DNA of 64,000 nucleotides from Alphaproteobacteria bacterium UBA998. GTDB taxonomy: Bacteria; Pseudomonadota; Alphaproteobacteria; Rickettsiales; UBA998. This document shows, one piece after another, positions 1 to 9,583 of this stretch; positions within the stretch are counted from its first letter, which is position 1; each line of letters opens with the position of its first letter. The translations under genes and the position numbers were made by a program. Under the pieces are notes generated by a model. It was not told the DNA's origin. It did no database searches and worked only from the letters and a program-made list of their open reading frames with translations. The stretch lies in the NCBI GenBank assembly GCA_002291925.1, contig DBAY01000026.1:1088-65087 (forward strand), in the 5' to 3' direction.

Positions 1-1288
1 TTATCATCTGCGGCGGCGCCATCATGGTGGGCAAGGAACCCATGGCAGCAAGCGCCTGTTGCATCTGCGATTCGGGAGTGTGGTGGGTGGTCAGTACGAT
101 GTCAACGGGTTCTTCCGGGGCATGCGCGTGCTGAATCAGCGAGGCCACCGAAATGCCCGCATCACGGCAGATCGCCGCCACATCCGCGAGCACGCCGGGG
201 CGGTCAACCACCGTCAGGCGAAGGTAATACTCGCCCTGCAAGCTGCTGATGTCGGCGGGGCGCAGCGCGGGCAGCGTGGCGGCCGGGGCCACCAGCGGCG
301 GCATGGCATGGCCGCGCGCGAGATCGATCAGGTCCGCCACCACGGCGGAGGCGGTCGGCCCTGCCCCCGCACCGCGGCCCTCGAGGAACAGGCGGCCCAC
401 GGAATCGCCCGCGATCTGTACGGCATTATAGGCATCATCCACCGTCGCGAGCGGCGCATTGAGCGGAATCATGCAGGGATGCACGCGCTGCTCGACGGTG
501 CCGTCTTCGCGCTGCTCGGTGATGCCGAGCAGCTTGATGCGGTAGCCGAGTTCACGCGCAAAATGAATGTCGGTCTTGGAAATGCGGCGGATGCCTTCGA
601 TGTGCAGCGCGTCCAAATTCGGACGGCACTGGAAGGCGAGCGCGGCGACGATGGCGAGCTTGTGCGCCGTGTCCACCCCGTCAATGTCGAAGCTGGGGTC
701 GGCCTCGGCGTAGCCCTTTGCCTGCGCTTCAGCCAGTACGTCATCGAAATCGCGGCCGGATTTCTCCATGGTGGTGAGGATATAATTGCAGGTGCCGTTC
801 AGGATGGCGGTGATGCGCTGATAGCGGTTGGCGGCCAGCCCCTCGCGCAGTGTCTTGATGATGGGGATGCCCCCGGCCACCGCCGCCTCAAAGGCGAGGC
901 CGAGGCCCTTCGCCTCGGCCAGCGCCGCCAGCTCCGCGCCATGCGCGGCGATAAGCGCCTTGTTGGCGGTGACGACATGCTTGCCGTGCTGCAGGGCTTG
1001 CATCACCAGCGTGCGCGCCGTGCCCTCCGCGCCGCCGATCAGCTCCACGACGAGGTCAATGTCCGCCGCCGTGGCAAGAGCGGTCGCGTCCGTCTCCCAG
1101 CGCACGCCGTCCAGCGACAGGCCACGCTGTTTGCTCTGGTCGCGCGCGGAGACGGCCACCAGTTGCAGCGTCCTGCCTGTGCGAGCCGAGAGCAGCGCCG
1201 CCTGCTGCTGAAGAATGGTCACCACGCCGCCGCCCACGGTGCCGAGGCCGGCGATGCCAATACGCAAAGGAGAATCAGGCTGTGTCAT
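1..1288 (-). CDS. hom: homoserine dehydrogenase; the last few codons run off the left window edge
   Basis: Own minus-strand translation from ATG 1286-1288 gives MTQPDSPLRIGIAGLGTVGGGV (NAD GxGxxG), HGKHVVTANKALIA, and an ACT-like end RLTVVDRPGVLADVAAICRD. There is no in-frame stop before position 1, so it is absent from the ORF track. The 59..1480 + ORF is its antisense shadow. Confidence 0.85.
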   Translation of the reverse strand, partial: MTQPDSPLRIGIAGLGTVGGGVVTILQQQAALLSARTGRTLQLVAVSARDQSKQRGLSLDGVRWETDATALATAADIDLVVELIGGAEGTARTLVMQALQHGKHVVTANKALIAAHGAELAALAEAKGLGLAFEAAVAGGIPIIKTLREGLAANRYQRITAILNGTCNYILTTMEKSGRDFDDVLAEAQAKGYAEADPSFDIDGVDTAHKLAIVAALAFQCRPNLDALHIEGIRRISKTDIHFARELGYRIKLLGITEQREDGTVEQRVHPCMIPLNAPLATVDDAYNAVQIAGDSVGRLFLEGRGAGAGPTASAVVADLIDLARGHAMPPLVAPAATLPALRPADISSLQGEYYLRLTVVDRPGVLADVAAICRDAGISVASLIQHAHAPEEPVDIVLTTHHTPESQMQQALAAMGSLPTMMAPPQMI

Positions 1289-1391
1289 GGCGGCAGTCAT
1301 AATCCCACAGCGTGCGGATGGCAATCGCGTTTGCCGCCTTGCCATCGCCTGTTTCTTGAATTAAGAACGATTCTCATTTACGCGAGCCGCC

Positions 1392-1631
1392 ATGATTGTC
1401 TGCCTGTGCCGAGCCTTGTCCGAAGCGGATGTACGAGAGGCCGCCGCCCGCGGCGCGAAGAAAGCCGACGAGGTGTATAAACTGCTGCAGCCGCACGACC
1501 GGTCGAAACGCTGTGGTTCTTGCGTGTTTACGATCAAGGAAATCCTCGATCACCCCAAACCATCGATTTCGCGCAGCGTTTCGCACCAAGGATGCTGCGC
1601 CCCTGCTCCCGTGCGGGAAAAAGCGTCCTAG
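1392..1631 (+). CDS. bfd: BFD-like [2Fe-2S]-binding protein (bacterioferritin-associated ferredoxin family)
   Basis: MIVCLCRALSEADVREAA...KRCGSCV shows the CxC...CxxC pattern typical of Bfd. The C-terminal codons approach a repeat element, so the true length is uncertain. Confidence 0.6.
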   Translation: MIVCLCRALSEADVREAAARGAKKADEVYKLLQPHDRSKRCGSCVFTIKEILDHPKPSISRSVSHQGCCAPAPVREKAS

Positions 1632-1688
1632 GCGGCACTCCCAAGGAATATGTCGCCCTAAACTCGTTTCAGGGCCTATTTGCAAAAG

Positions 1689-1826
1689 ATGCTGAAACAA
1701 GTTCAGCATGACGAAAAGAGGCGCTGGCCGCGCTTTTTGCCGTCTTGCCTTGCGCTGGATTCCCGGTCGGCGCTCGGCGGAGTTTACCCCGGCGAAGGCC
1801 GGGGCCTCACTTGCCGGGAATGACAG
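1689..1826. repeat. cluster of GTCAT-type hairpin modules (REP/MITE-like)
   Basis: Hairpin atgctgaa-N5-ttcagcat-gacg is followed by the nested hairpin attcccgg...ccccggc-gaag-gccgggg...ccgggaatgaca. The module style matches 25653-25720, 24132-24376, 34079-34286, 38713-38782 and 39095-39162. Confidence 0.6.
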
Positions 1827-1839
1827 GGGAGCGGCTGCC

Positions 1840-3063
1840 TTAAGCGTTTTCCGCAGCCAACTCACGGATGACTTGCTGCGGGTCTTCGGCGAGGAAGCCT
1901 TTGATATTGCGCACGGCCTGGCGGAGGCGGTGCTTGTTCTCCACCAGCGCGATGCGCACATGGCCGTCGCCATACTCGCCAAAGCCGATACCGGGGGCCA
2001 CGGCCACTTCGGCTTTCTCGATGAGCAGTTGCGAGAAGGCGAGCGAACCCAGATCCTTGTAGGCTTCAGGAATCGGGGCCCAGAGGAACATGCTGGCGGC
2101 GGGGGCTTCCACCTTCCAGCCTGCATCGTTCAGGCCCTTCACCAGCACGTCGCGACGCTCCTTGTACATCTGGCGCAGCTCGGCGACGCAGTCCTGCGGG
2201 CCGTTCAGCGCGGCGGTGGCGGCGACTTGGATGGGCGTGAACGCGCCGTAATCGAGGTAGGATTTCATCTTGGTCAGCGCACCGACCAGCGTCGGGTTGC
2301 CGACACCGAATCCCATGCGCCAGCCCGCCATGGAGTAGGTTTTCGACAAAGTGGTGAATTCAATTGCGACATCCTTGCCGCCCTTGGTCTGCAGGATGGA
2401 AGGCGGCGGGTTGCCGTCATAATAGAGCTCGCAGTACGCGAGGTCGGAGATGATGTAGATGCCATGATGCTTACAAAGGTCCACCGCCTCCTGATAGAAC
2501 TCCAGCGGCACCACTTCCGTGGTGGGGTTGCAGGGGAAGCTGAGGATCAGTACGGTCGGCGTCGGGCGGCAATGCTTGATGGCCCGCTTCAGGATGGCGA
2601 AGAAATCATGGTTCGGCGTGCGCGGCAGGTGCCACACGGACGCACCCGCGATGATGGAGCCGTAGGGGTGGATGGGATAGCTGGGATTCGGCACCATCAC
2701 CACGTCGCCGGGGGCGGTGATGGCCTGCAGCAGGTTGGCGAGGCCCTCCTTGGAGCCGAGCGTCACCACCACTTCCTTCTCGGGATCGAGCGTCACGCCG
2801 AAGCGGCGCTGGTAATAGGCCGCCTGCGCCTTGCGCAGGCCGGGGATGCCGCGCGAGAGTGAGTAACGGTGACATTTCGGATCGGCGAGTGTTTCCTTCA
2901 GCTTAGCCACCACATGCGGCGGTGCCGGCGTGTCCGGGTTGCCCATGCCGAGATCGATGACGTCATCTCCGCGCGCGCGGAGTTTCGCCTTGCGGCTGTT
3001 CACCTCGGCGAACACGTAGGGCGGAAGCCGCTTGATGCGGAAGAACTCGTTCGGGTTGGACAT
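1840..3063 (-). CDS. class I/II PLP-dependent aminotransferase (AlaC / LL-DAP-aminotransferase-like)
   Basis: 407 aa. Motifs seen: IDLGMGNPDTPAP, NPTT, and the PLP-lysine motif SKTYSMAGWRMG. It sits next to hom. Confidence 0.9.
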   Translation of the reverse strand: MSNPNEFFRIKRLPPYVFAEVNSRKAKLRARGDDVIDLGMGNPDTPAPPHVVAKLKETLADPKCHRYSLSRGIPGLRKAQAAYYQRRFGVTLDPEKEVVVTLGSKEGLANLLQAITAPGDVVMVPNPSYPIHPYGSIIAGASVWHLPRTPNHDFFAILKRAIKHCRPTPTVLILSFPCNPTTEVVPLEFYQEAVDLCKHHGIYIISDLAYCELYYDGNPPPSILQTKGGKDVAIEFTTLSKTYSMAGWRMGFGVGNPTLVGALTKMKSYLDYGAFTPIQVAATAALNGPQDCVAELRQMYKERRDVLVKGLNDAGWKVEAPAASMFLWAPIPEAYKDLGSLAFSQLLIEKAEVAVAPGIGFGEYGDGHVRIALVENKHRLRQAVRNIKGFLAEDPQQVIRELAAENA

Positions 3064-3079
3064 CAGCGCCTCGCCGTCA

Positions 3080-4231
3080 TCAATGGCGCAGCACGCCCGG
3101 ACGGGTCAGCGACTGACGGGCTGCGTAACGCGACGGCGGCAGGTAGCTTCCCTGAGGCGCGCTGCCACTGGAAGCCGTTCCTAGGGAAGCGGGCGCGCGC
3201 AGCTGGATCGGCGGCAGGCCGGACGGGGCGGCGGCATATTCCGGTGCCATCGGGGCAGCATCGCCGTAGTAAGGCCGCATCGTCGGCGCAGGCGCGGCGT
3301 ACTCAGGCGCGGGTGCTGGCATGGGCGCGGGCACCGGCTCGGCGTAATACTGCTCGACGCTCTCCCCCGCGGCCTGCATGGGGGAGGCCGGCTCCGGCTG
3401 CGGTGCCGGAGGCGGCGGTGGGGGCGGCGCAAAGGCCGGCAGTGCCGGGGCAGGCTCCGGCGCCATCATCGGGGCGGGCGCGGCCGTCTGCATTTCCTGC
3501 TGATAGCTCGGCGCGGGCGGCATGTCAGGTGCCGGGGCGGGCTCGGCAGAAGCGGCCAGCGGGGGGAGCTCCTGCGCATTTTGCGTAAAGCTGGACGCTT
3601 GCTGACGCGCCAACTTCGCTTCTTTCTTGAATTCCGGGGTCACGGGCGGCACGTCCGAAAGCACGGGGAATTCCCCCTCCGCGTTGGTCATGGGCTGGTA
3701 GGCCGCCATTTCCTGCGGCTGTGGCTGCACGCCCATTTCCAAACCCGACTGCGCGGGGGGCGCAGCCATCATGGGCGGGCTTTGCAGTTCCGCTGCCATC
3801 ACCGGGGCCATCGGCGCCGCGGCCATCGGGGCCATGGCCCCCTCCGACGCCAACGCCTGCTGGTTACCCACCGGCACCTTGCGATCAGACGGCACGTCGG
3901 CCATCGGCGGCGCGGCCATCATCGCGGCATCGGCGGGGGGAAGATCCATCGCCATCTCCGGTGGCAGGTCCGACATCGGCGCGGACGGGGCAGCGGCCCC
4001 CGCCATCATGCCCGCCGGCATGGACGGATCGGCAGCCTGCGCATCCGGAGCCGCCATGCCCCCCGCCCCGCCGGGATTGAGCGCGGGCGGACGCTTCGGC
4101 CCGGTCACCGTATTGTAGCGCGGCGGCTGGCGCTCGAAATTCGAGCAGGCGGTCAGCAGCGGCGAGGCCAGCAGCAGGGCGCTCATCGAGGCAGTCATCA
4201 GGAAACGGGAAAGCGAGGGCACGCGGCGCAT
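3080..4231 (-). CDS. Pro/Ala/Met-rich lipoprotein, function unknown
   Basis: Signal peptide with lipobox LLTA|C (MTASMSALLLASPLLTACS). The rest is low-complexity P/A/M-rich sequence with no recognisable domain. Confidence 0.6.
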   Translation of the reverse strand: MRRVPSLSRFLMTASMSALLLASPLLTACSNFERQPPRYNTVTGPKRPPALNPGGAGGMAAPDAQAADPSMPAGMMAGAAAPSAPMSDLPPEMAMDLPPADAAMMAAPPMADVPSDRKVPVGNQQALASEGAMAPMAAAPMAPVMAAELQSPPMMAAPPAQSGLEMGVQPQPQEMAAYQPMTNAEGEFPVLSDVPPVTPEFKKEAKLARQQASSFTQNAQELPPLAASAEPAPAPDMPPAPSYQQEMQTAAPAPMMAPEPAPALPAFAPPPPPPPAPQPEPASPMQAAGESVEQYYAEPVPAPMPAPAPEYAAPAPTMRPYYGDAAPMAPEYAAAPSGLPPIQLRAPASLGTASSGSAPQGSYLPPSRYAARQSLTRPGVLRH

Positions 4232-4355
4232 AATCCATCCATCTTCGGCGAAAAATCGTCTGTTTTGAGGTGTACTGACGCGAAACCGCTTTGTCTAGGC
4301 TGTTGTGCAACGTATAAAGGGAGACCGCCCGAAATCACCCGGCCGCAAGGTATGT

Positions 4356-6161
4356 ATGTCCGACACCGCCCTCGCCCCCCGCACGGAATTCGACTCCTCC
4401 CGCTTCGCCCGCAACATGACCAAGCTGGCACAGGAATGGCACGTGCTGATGGCCGAAGCCGCCAAGCTGCAGTCACCCGACGCGCTGATGGAAGGCGAGC
4501 GCGAAATGACTCAGGTGGGCAAGGCCTTCGGCGAGATGGTCACCCGCCTCGCCAATGACCCCGCCACGCTTATCGACATGCAATACGAATATTGCCAGCG
4601 CTGGATGGGCGTGTGGGAGGACAGCATGCAGCGCTTCCTCGGCCAGCCTTCCGGCAGCGGCAACCAGCCCCCGGCGCGGCGCGACCGCCGCTTCGCCGAC
4701 CCGGCTTGGAGCGAGAGCGTCTATTTCGACTTCCTCCGCCAGACCTATATGATGACGGCGGGCTGGCTGCAGGAAATGGTGCAGCGCACCGACGACGAGA
4801 TGGATCCGCATACGGCGCGCAAGGTGAATTTCTACATGCGCCAGTTCATCGACGCCATGTCGCCGAGCAATTTCCTCTTCACCAACCCGGAAGTGCTGAA
4901 AGCCACCATCGATTCCAACGGCGAGAATCTGGTGCGCGGCCTGCGCCACATGCGCGAGGATCTGCTGGAAGGCGGCGGCCGCCTGAAAATCCGCATGACG
5001 GACACCAAGGCCTTCACCTTCGGCAAGAACATCGCCACCACGCCGGGCAAGGTCGTCTACCAGAACGACCTGACGCAGCTGCTGCAGTTCGCGCCCTCCA
5101 CGCCCACCGTGCACCAGACGCCGTTGCTGCTCATCCCGGCATGGATCAATAAATATTACATCTTCGACATGCAGCCGGAGAATTCCTACGTCAAATGGCT
5201 GGTGGACCAGGGTTATACCGTGTTCGTCATCTCGTGGGTCAATCCGGATGAAAGCCTCGCGGAAAAGACCTTCGAGGATTACCTAAAGGAAGGCCCCCTC
5301 GCCGCGCTGGACGCCATCGAGAAAGCCACCGGCGAAGCGCAGACCGCCTGCGTCGGCTACTGCCTAGGCGGCACGCTGCTGGCCATCACGCTGGCGTGGC
5401 TGCAGGCCAAGGGCCAGGCCGACCGCGTCGCCTCTGCCACCTACCTTACCACCATGATCGACTTCTCCGAGCCGGGTGAGCTCGGCGTCTTCATCGACGA
5501 TGAGCAGATCACTGCGATGGAAGAGCGCATGTCGGCAAAGGGCTATCTCGACGGGCGCGACATGGCCGTCACCTTCAACATGCTGCGCGCCAACGACCTC
5601 ATCTGGTCCTTCGTGGTGAACAACTACCTGCTCGGCAAGGAGCCCTTCCCGTTCGACCTCTTGTTCTGGAATTCCGATTCCACCCGCATGCCCGCGAAGA
5701 TGCACAGCTTCTACCTGCGCAATATGTATAACGAAAACCGCCTGATGAAGCCGGGTGGGCTGAAGATCGGCGGCGTGCCCATCGATCTGCGCACCGTCAC
5801 CACGCCGAGCTACCTGCTCTCCACCCGCGAGGATCACATCGCCCCCTGGCGCTCAACCTTCGCCGCGACGAAGCTCTACGGTGGCCCGGTGACCTTCACT
5901 CTCGCCGCCTCCGGCCACATCGCGGGCGTCATCAATCCCCCGGCGAAGCAGAAATATTCTTTCTGGACCAATAACCTTGCGAAGAAAGACACCCCCGAAA
6001 GCTGGCTGCAACACGCCAAGGAAGAAGCGGGTTCCTGGTGGCCGCACTGGGATCAGTGGCAGCAGGCCTTCACCGGCCTGCAGGTCGCCGCCCGCCAGCC
6101 CGGCAAAGGCGGGCTGAAGGCGCTCGACGACGCCCCCGGCCGCTACGTGCGGGTGCGCTAG
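4356..6161 (+). CDS. phaC: class I poly(3-hydroxyalkanoate) synthase
   Basis: About 600 aa with lipase-box GYCLGG and conserved blocks NKYYIFD and WNSDSTRMP. Start trimmed to ATG 4356 (MSDTALAP). Confidence 0.9.
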   Translation: MSDTALAPRTEFDSSRFARNMTKLAQEWHVLMAEAAKLQSPDALMEGEREMTQVGKAFGEMVTRLANDPATLIDMQYEYCQRWMGVWEDSMQRFLGQPSGSGNQPPARRDRRFADPAWSESVYFDFLRQTYMMTAGWLQEMVQRTDDEMDPHTARKVNFYMRQFIDAMSPSNFLFTNPEVLKATIDSNGENLVRGLRHMREDLLEGGGRLKIRMTDTKAFTFGKNIATTPGKVVYQNDLTQLLQFAPSTPTVHQTPLLLIPAWINKYYIFDMQPENSYVKWLVDQGYTVFVISWVNPDESLAEKTFEDYLKEGPLAALDAIEKATGEAQTACVGYCLGGTLLAITLAWLQAKGQADRVASATYLTTMIDFSEPGELGVFIDDEQITAMEERMSAKGYLDGRDMAVTFNMLRANDLIWSFVVNNYLLGKEPFPFDLLFWNSDSTRMPAKMHSFYLRNMYNENRLMKPGGLKIGGVPIDLRTVTTPSYLLSTREDHIAPWRSTFAATKLYGGPVTFTLAASGHIAGVINPPAKQKYSFWTNNLAKKDTPESWLQHAKEEAGSWWPHWDQWQQAFTGLQVAARQPGKGGLKALDDAPGRYVRVR

Positions 6162-6181
6162 GCGCTTTTTAAACGCATAAG

Positions 6182-7318
6182 TTAGTGAATCGCCTTGGAA
6201 GCGTCGGCGTGCTGGGCGGCTTGCTGTTCGAGCCGCTGCACGTGGGTCAGACCGGCGGGGGCCGGGGCGTGGCCGCGCACCCGGTCAACGAAACGCTGCG
6301 CCTGCGCCAGGCCGGGCACGCGCTGCATGAGCCCGGCCTGCGGCTGGCGCTCGGGGATGGCGATGCCTTCCGCCTTGGCCTTCTGCACTTCCGCGTGATA
6401 GGCCTGCACCAGCGACGCCGCCGGGGGCAGCATGCCGGAGCGCCGTCCTTCGATGGCAAAGGCCAGCTCCTGCGCGGGCATCAGGCCGTGATTGATCGCC
6501 TCCGTCGTCGCCTTGAGCTGGAATTCCTGATCGTAATGGGCAATGACGTCATTCTGCTGCTCGGCCGGGAGCTGGCGGAAGGCCAGCCCGAAGCGGGCCT
6601 TGATCTCGCGCTGCACGCCGGGGTTGGCCTCCTCCACCAGCGCCATCATCTGCGCCACGCCGATGCCCTGCCCGCGGCGCACGGAGTTGCTGATGCGCTC
6701 GATGCGGTCATTGAGCGAAGGCTGCTGGTAGCCGAACATGCGGCGGCCCGCCACGCCGAAAGCCTGATCCAGCCCGAAGCTGGTCACGGCCGCCACGCCC
6801 CCCAGCGCCATGGCTTCGGAGAGATTGCTCGCGCCGAGCGGCAGAATCTTCTGCAGCCCTTCCACCAGCGCCGTGGGGCCGACCAGCGAGTGCAGCGCCG
6901 CCACCACACCGGCCGCGATGGCCGCGGAGACGATGTTGGCCACCACGGAAATGCTGCGGCCGCGATCATTGCGCTCCAAAGCCTCATGCAGGGTGCGGTT
7001 GCCGGGGATCTGCCGCTCCGGGATGCCATTGGCCACCGCGCGCAGATGCTCCATCGTCACCTGCCGCGGCTCAATGCCGAGCGTGGCGGCGATTTCCTCG
7101 CGGTAATGGGCGCGCAGTTGCTGCTGCTGGTGATGGTGCGACATGGTGGCGAGCGCCGCCGTCACCGGGACGCCGAGCGCCAGACCAATGAGCGGCAGCC
7201 AGACGCCGCCATACGCCATCCCCACCGCCGCGCCGGTGACGGCGAGCGCCGTGGCACCGCGCCCCGTGGCGAAGGCGGTCAGCCAGCGAACTCCGTATGC
7301 GATATCGTCCAGTAGCAT
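6182..7318 (-). CDS. hypothetical membrane protein
   Basis: Hydrophobic segments lie near the N-terminus and around VVANIVSAAIAAGVVAAL, and there is an HHHQQQQ run. No family recognised. ATG 7318 is preferred over TTG 7324. Confidence 0.5.
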   Translation of the reverse strand: MLLDDIAYGVRWLTAFATGRGATALAVTGAAVGMAYGGVWLPLIGLALGVPVTAALATMSHHHQQQQLRAHYREEIAATLGIEPRQVTMEHLRAVANGIPERQIPGNRTLHEALERNDRGRSISVVANIVSAAIAAGVVAALHSLVGPTALVEGLQKILPLGASNLSEAMALGGVAAVTSFGLDQAFGVAGRRMFGYQQPSLNDRIERISNSVRRGQGIGVAQMMALVEEANPGVQREIKARFGLAFRQLPAEQQNDVIAHYDQEFQLKATTEAINHGLMPAQELAFAIEGRRSGMLPPAASLVQAYHAEVQKAKAEGIAIPERQPQAGLMQRVPGLAQAQRFVDRVRGHAPAPAGLTHVQRLEQQAAQHADASKAIH

Positions 7319-7375
7319 GGGCAAGGTTTTCTACCCTCAAGGATAGCGGAAAACAGCGCTTCTAATGTGAAGCTT

Positions 7376-7912
7376 TTATGAATTTGAGGCGCTAGCGCGG
7401 TATTCGGCGGCCAGATCAACGTAATTCTGCGCCGAAACCGGGATAAACGCCTGTTCTGCCTCGCTCATCGGGCGGAAGAGCTTCGCCGGGTTGCCCGCCC
7501 AGAGCTCGCCCGGTTTCACCCGTTTGCGCGGCGCAAGCAGCGCCCCGGCGGCGAGCATGCCTCCCGTCTCCACCACCGCATCATCCAGCACCACCGCGCC
7601 CATGCCCACGAAACAGCCATCCTCCAGCGTGCAGGCATGCAGCACGGCATGGTGGCCGATGGTGATGCCCGCGCCGATGCGGGTGGGCCCAGTGCCGCGC
7701 GTCACGTGGATGACGGTATTGTCCTGCACGTTGGTGCGCGCCCCGATGCGGATGGAATGGACATCGCCCCGGATGACGCAGCCAAACCAGATATTGGCCT
7801 CCTCCCCAATCTCCACATCACCGATCACCACCACTCCCGGCGCGATGAACGCGGTGGGGTGGATGGTAGGATAGACGCCGCGGAAGGGCAGAATCGTGGG
7901 GGCGAGGGTCAT
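7376..7912 (-). CDS. gamma-carbonic-anhydrase-family / hexapeptide-repeat protein (YrdA/PaaY-like)
   Basis: Left-handed beta-helix hexapeptide repeats are present: IHPTAFIAPGVVVIGDVEIGEEANIWFGCVIRGD...IGARTNVQDNTVIHV. Confidence 0.85.
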   Translation of the reverse strand: MTLAPTILPFRGVYPTIHPTAFIAPGVVVIGDVEIGEEANIWFGCVIRGDVHSIRIGARTNVQDNTVIHVTRGTGPTRIGAGITIGHHAVLHACTLEDGCFVGMGAVVLDDAVVETGGMLAAGALLAPRKRVKPGELWAGNPAKLFRPMSEAEQAFIPVSAQNYVDLAAEYRASASNS

Positions 7913-8478
7913 TTGTCCCGCTGATAGGTGGTCACGAGGTATGCCTTGGAGAGGGCGTGCTGGTTGAGGTAATACCCCACCATGGCCCCGGAGGCGTTGC
8001 TGTTGAGCGGCAGGGTGTCCACATCCAGCGCCCAGATGGTGATGAAATAACGGTGTGGCTTATCACCCGGCGGTGGGCAGGCGCCGCCGTAGCCCGGTTT
8101 GCCGTAATCGGTGCGGCTCTGCACGATGCCCTCCGGCAGCAGCTTGAGTGGCAGCGAACCGGCATCCTTGGGCAGCGATTTCATGTTTGCGGGAATGTTG
8201 AACAGCACCCAGTGCCACCAGCCGCTGCCCGTCGGCGCATCCGGGTCATACATGGTGACGGCGTAGCTCTTCGTCTCGGCCAGGGCACCGCTCCAGTTCA
8301 GCTCCGGCGAGATATTCTCGCCCTGGCAGCCCATACCCTTGAACACCTGCTCCAGCGGCATCGTCTCCCCGGTTTTCAGTTGCGGGGAGGTCACGGAAAA
8401 GGTGCCCACGACCGCAAACGCGGGGGAAGCAAGGCACCAGCCTGCCGTCAGGGCGACCAAGCGGAACAAGCGAATCAT
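7909..8478 (-). CDS. YbhB/YbcL-family PEBP (Raf-kinase-inhibitor-like) periplasmic protein
   Basis: Signal peptide, then SPELNWSG, YDPDAPTGSGWWHW and CPPPGDKPHRY motifs. A 4-nt overlap joins it to the downstream gene. Confidence 0.85.
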   Translation of the reverse strand: MIRLFRLVALTAGWCLASPAFAVVGTFSVTSPQLKTGETMPLEQVFKGMGCQGENISPELNWSGALAETKSYAVTMYDPDAPTGSGWWHWVLFNIPANMKSLPKDAGSLPLKLLPEGIVQSRTDYGKPGYGGACPPPGDKPHRYFITIWALDVDTLPLNSNASGAMVGYYLNQHALSKAYLVTTYQRDK

Positions 8479-8523
8479 GGAAAAATCTCTCCTAATATAT
8501 TTAACCGATATGGGCTTAAAATT

Positions 8524-9558
8524 TCACGGGTAAACTGGCAATGCGTCAACTGCCATGGTCTCGGGCCAGCCATACATCACATTCATGTTCTGCACCGCCT
8601 GCCCCGACGCCCCCTTTACCAGATTATCGATGGCGGAGACCAGAATCACCTCCTGTTCGCGCCGCCCGGCATACACGCCCATCTGGCAGCAATTGGATGC
8701 ACGTACAGCCTGTGTCGAGGGGAAAGATTGGCTGTCCAGCAGCTCAATGAAAGGCTCGTTTTGGTAAGCCTGCGAGAGACTTGCCCGGATATCCGCGAGC
8801 GATGCACCGGCCGCGAGGGACGCATAAATGGTCGCCACCATACCCCGCTTCATGGGGATGAGATGGGGCACGAAGGTCACCTGCACCGCTGCCCCGGCCG
8901 CATCGGTCAACCCCTGCTCGATCTCCGGGGTGTGGCGATGGCGGCTGACGCTGTAGGCACTCATGCCTTCGTCCAGCTCGGTAAACAGCAGGTTGCGCTT
9001 CACGCTGCGCCCCGCTCCGGAAATGCCGGACTTGGCATCGATGACCAGTCTGTCTGTCTGTAGCAGACCTTGCTTAACCAAAGGTAAAAGCGGCAGCAGC
9101 GAGGCGGTGGGATAGCAGCCGGGGTTCGCTACCAGCCGCGCCGAGCCCACCGCATCACGCGCATGCTCGGTAAGTCCGTAGACCGCCTCCTCCTGCAGGC
9201 TCAGCGCTTGGTGCGGGTGGCCGTACCATTCCGCATACGCCGCCGGGTCACGCAGGCGGAAATCGGCCGAAAGATCGATGACGCGCAGATGGGTGGGCAG
9301 TCCAGCGATCACAGACTGCGTGGTGCCATGCGGCAGGCAGCAGAACACGAGATCGATGGCCGAGAAATCGATGTCCTCGATTTTCACCAGCGTCTGGTTG
9401 GGCAGCTGGCCCAGATGGGGGAAGGTCTCGTGCAGCGTCTGGCCCGCCTGCGATTCGGCGGAAAGGGCGGCGATGCGCACGTGCGGATGCAGGTGCAGCA
9501 GGCGGATCAGCTCCGCCCCCGTATATCCACTGGCTCCGAGAATGGCGACGTTCAGCAT
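8524..9558 (-). CDS. argC: N-acetyl-gamma-glutamyl-phosphate reductase
   Basis: MLNVAILGASGYTGAELIRLL and the active-site region NPGCYPT are present. Start trimmed to ATG 9558, preceded by GGAGGGGG. The 67 upstream codons in the track are Arg/Pro-rich junk. Confidence 0.9.
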   Translation of the reverse strand: MLNVAILGASGYTGAELIRLLHLHPHVRIAALSAESQAGQTLHETFPHLGQLPNQTLVKIEDIDFSAIDLVFCCLPHGTTQSVIAGLPTHLRVIDLSADFRLRDPAAYAEWYGHPHQALSLQEEAVYGLTEHARDAVGSARLVANPGCYPTASLLPLLPLVKQGLLQTDRLVIDAKSGISGAGRSVKRNLLFTELDEGMSAYSVSRHRHTPEIEQGLTDAAGAAVQVTFVPHLIPMKRGMVATIYASLAAGASLADIRASLSQAYQNEPFIELLDSQSFPSTQAVRASNCCQMGVYAGRREQEVILVSAIDNLVKGASGQAVQNMNVMYGWPETMAVDALPVYP

Positions 9559-9583
9559 ACCCCCTCCTTTTGGAGGCCGTATA

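Noticed and set aside
59..1480. A 473-aa plus-strand ORF, along with similar very long ORFs at 1708-2862 (+), 6185-7315 (+), 22484-24163 (-), 24347-25606 (+), 44613-46001 (-), 47665-48816 (-) and 53207-55450 (+).
   Set aside because: Each lies antisense to, or out of frame with, a gene that has clear family motifs (hom, aminotransferase, the membrane protein, hldE, thiD, pmm, mrdA, tpsA). Their translations are Arg/Ala/Gly/His-rich with no motifs, which is the typical stop-codon-poor shadow of a high-GC genome.
1757..1826. CTGTCAT-like strings inside the GTCAT hairpin repeats as candidate Pho boxes, given the nearby pst/phoR genes elsewhere in the window.
   Set aside because: The strings are part of dispersed palindromic repeats found next to unrelated genes. 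They are not arranged as the tandem direct repeats expected of PhoB sites, and none lies in front of pstC or phoR.
3581..4558. Several 115-325-aa ORFs overlapping the Pro/Ala/Met-rich lipoprotein gene on both strands.
   Set aside because: They are low-complexity Arg/Gly/His or Pro/Ser-rich translations of the same repetitive GC-rich DNA. Only the minus-strand frame has a signal peptide with a lipobox and a sensible start.
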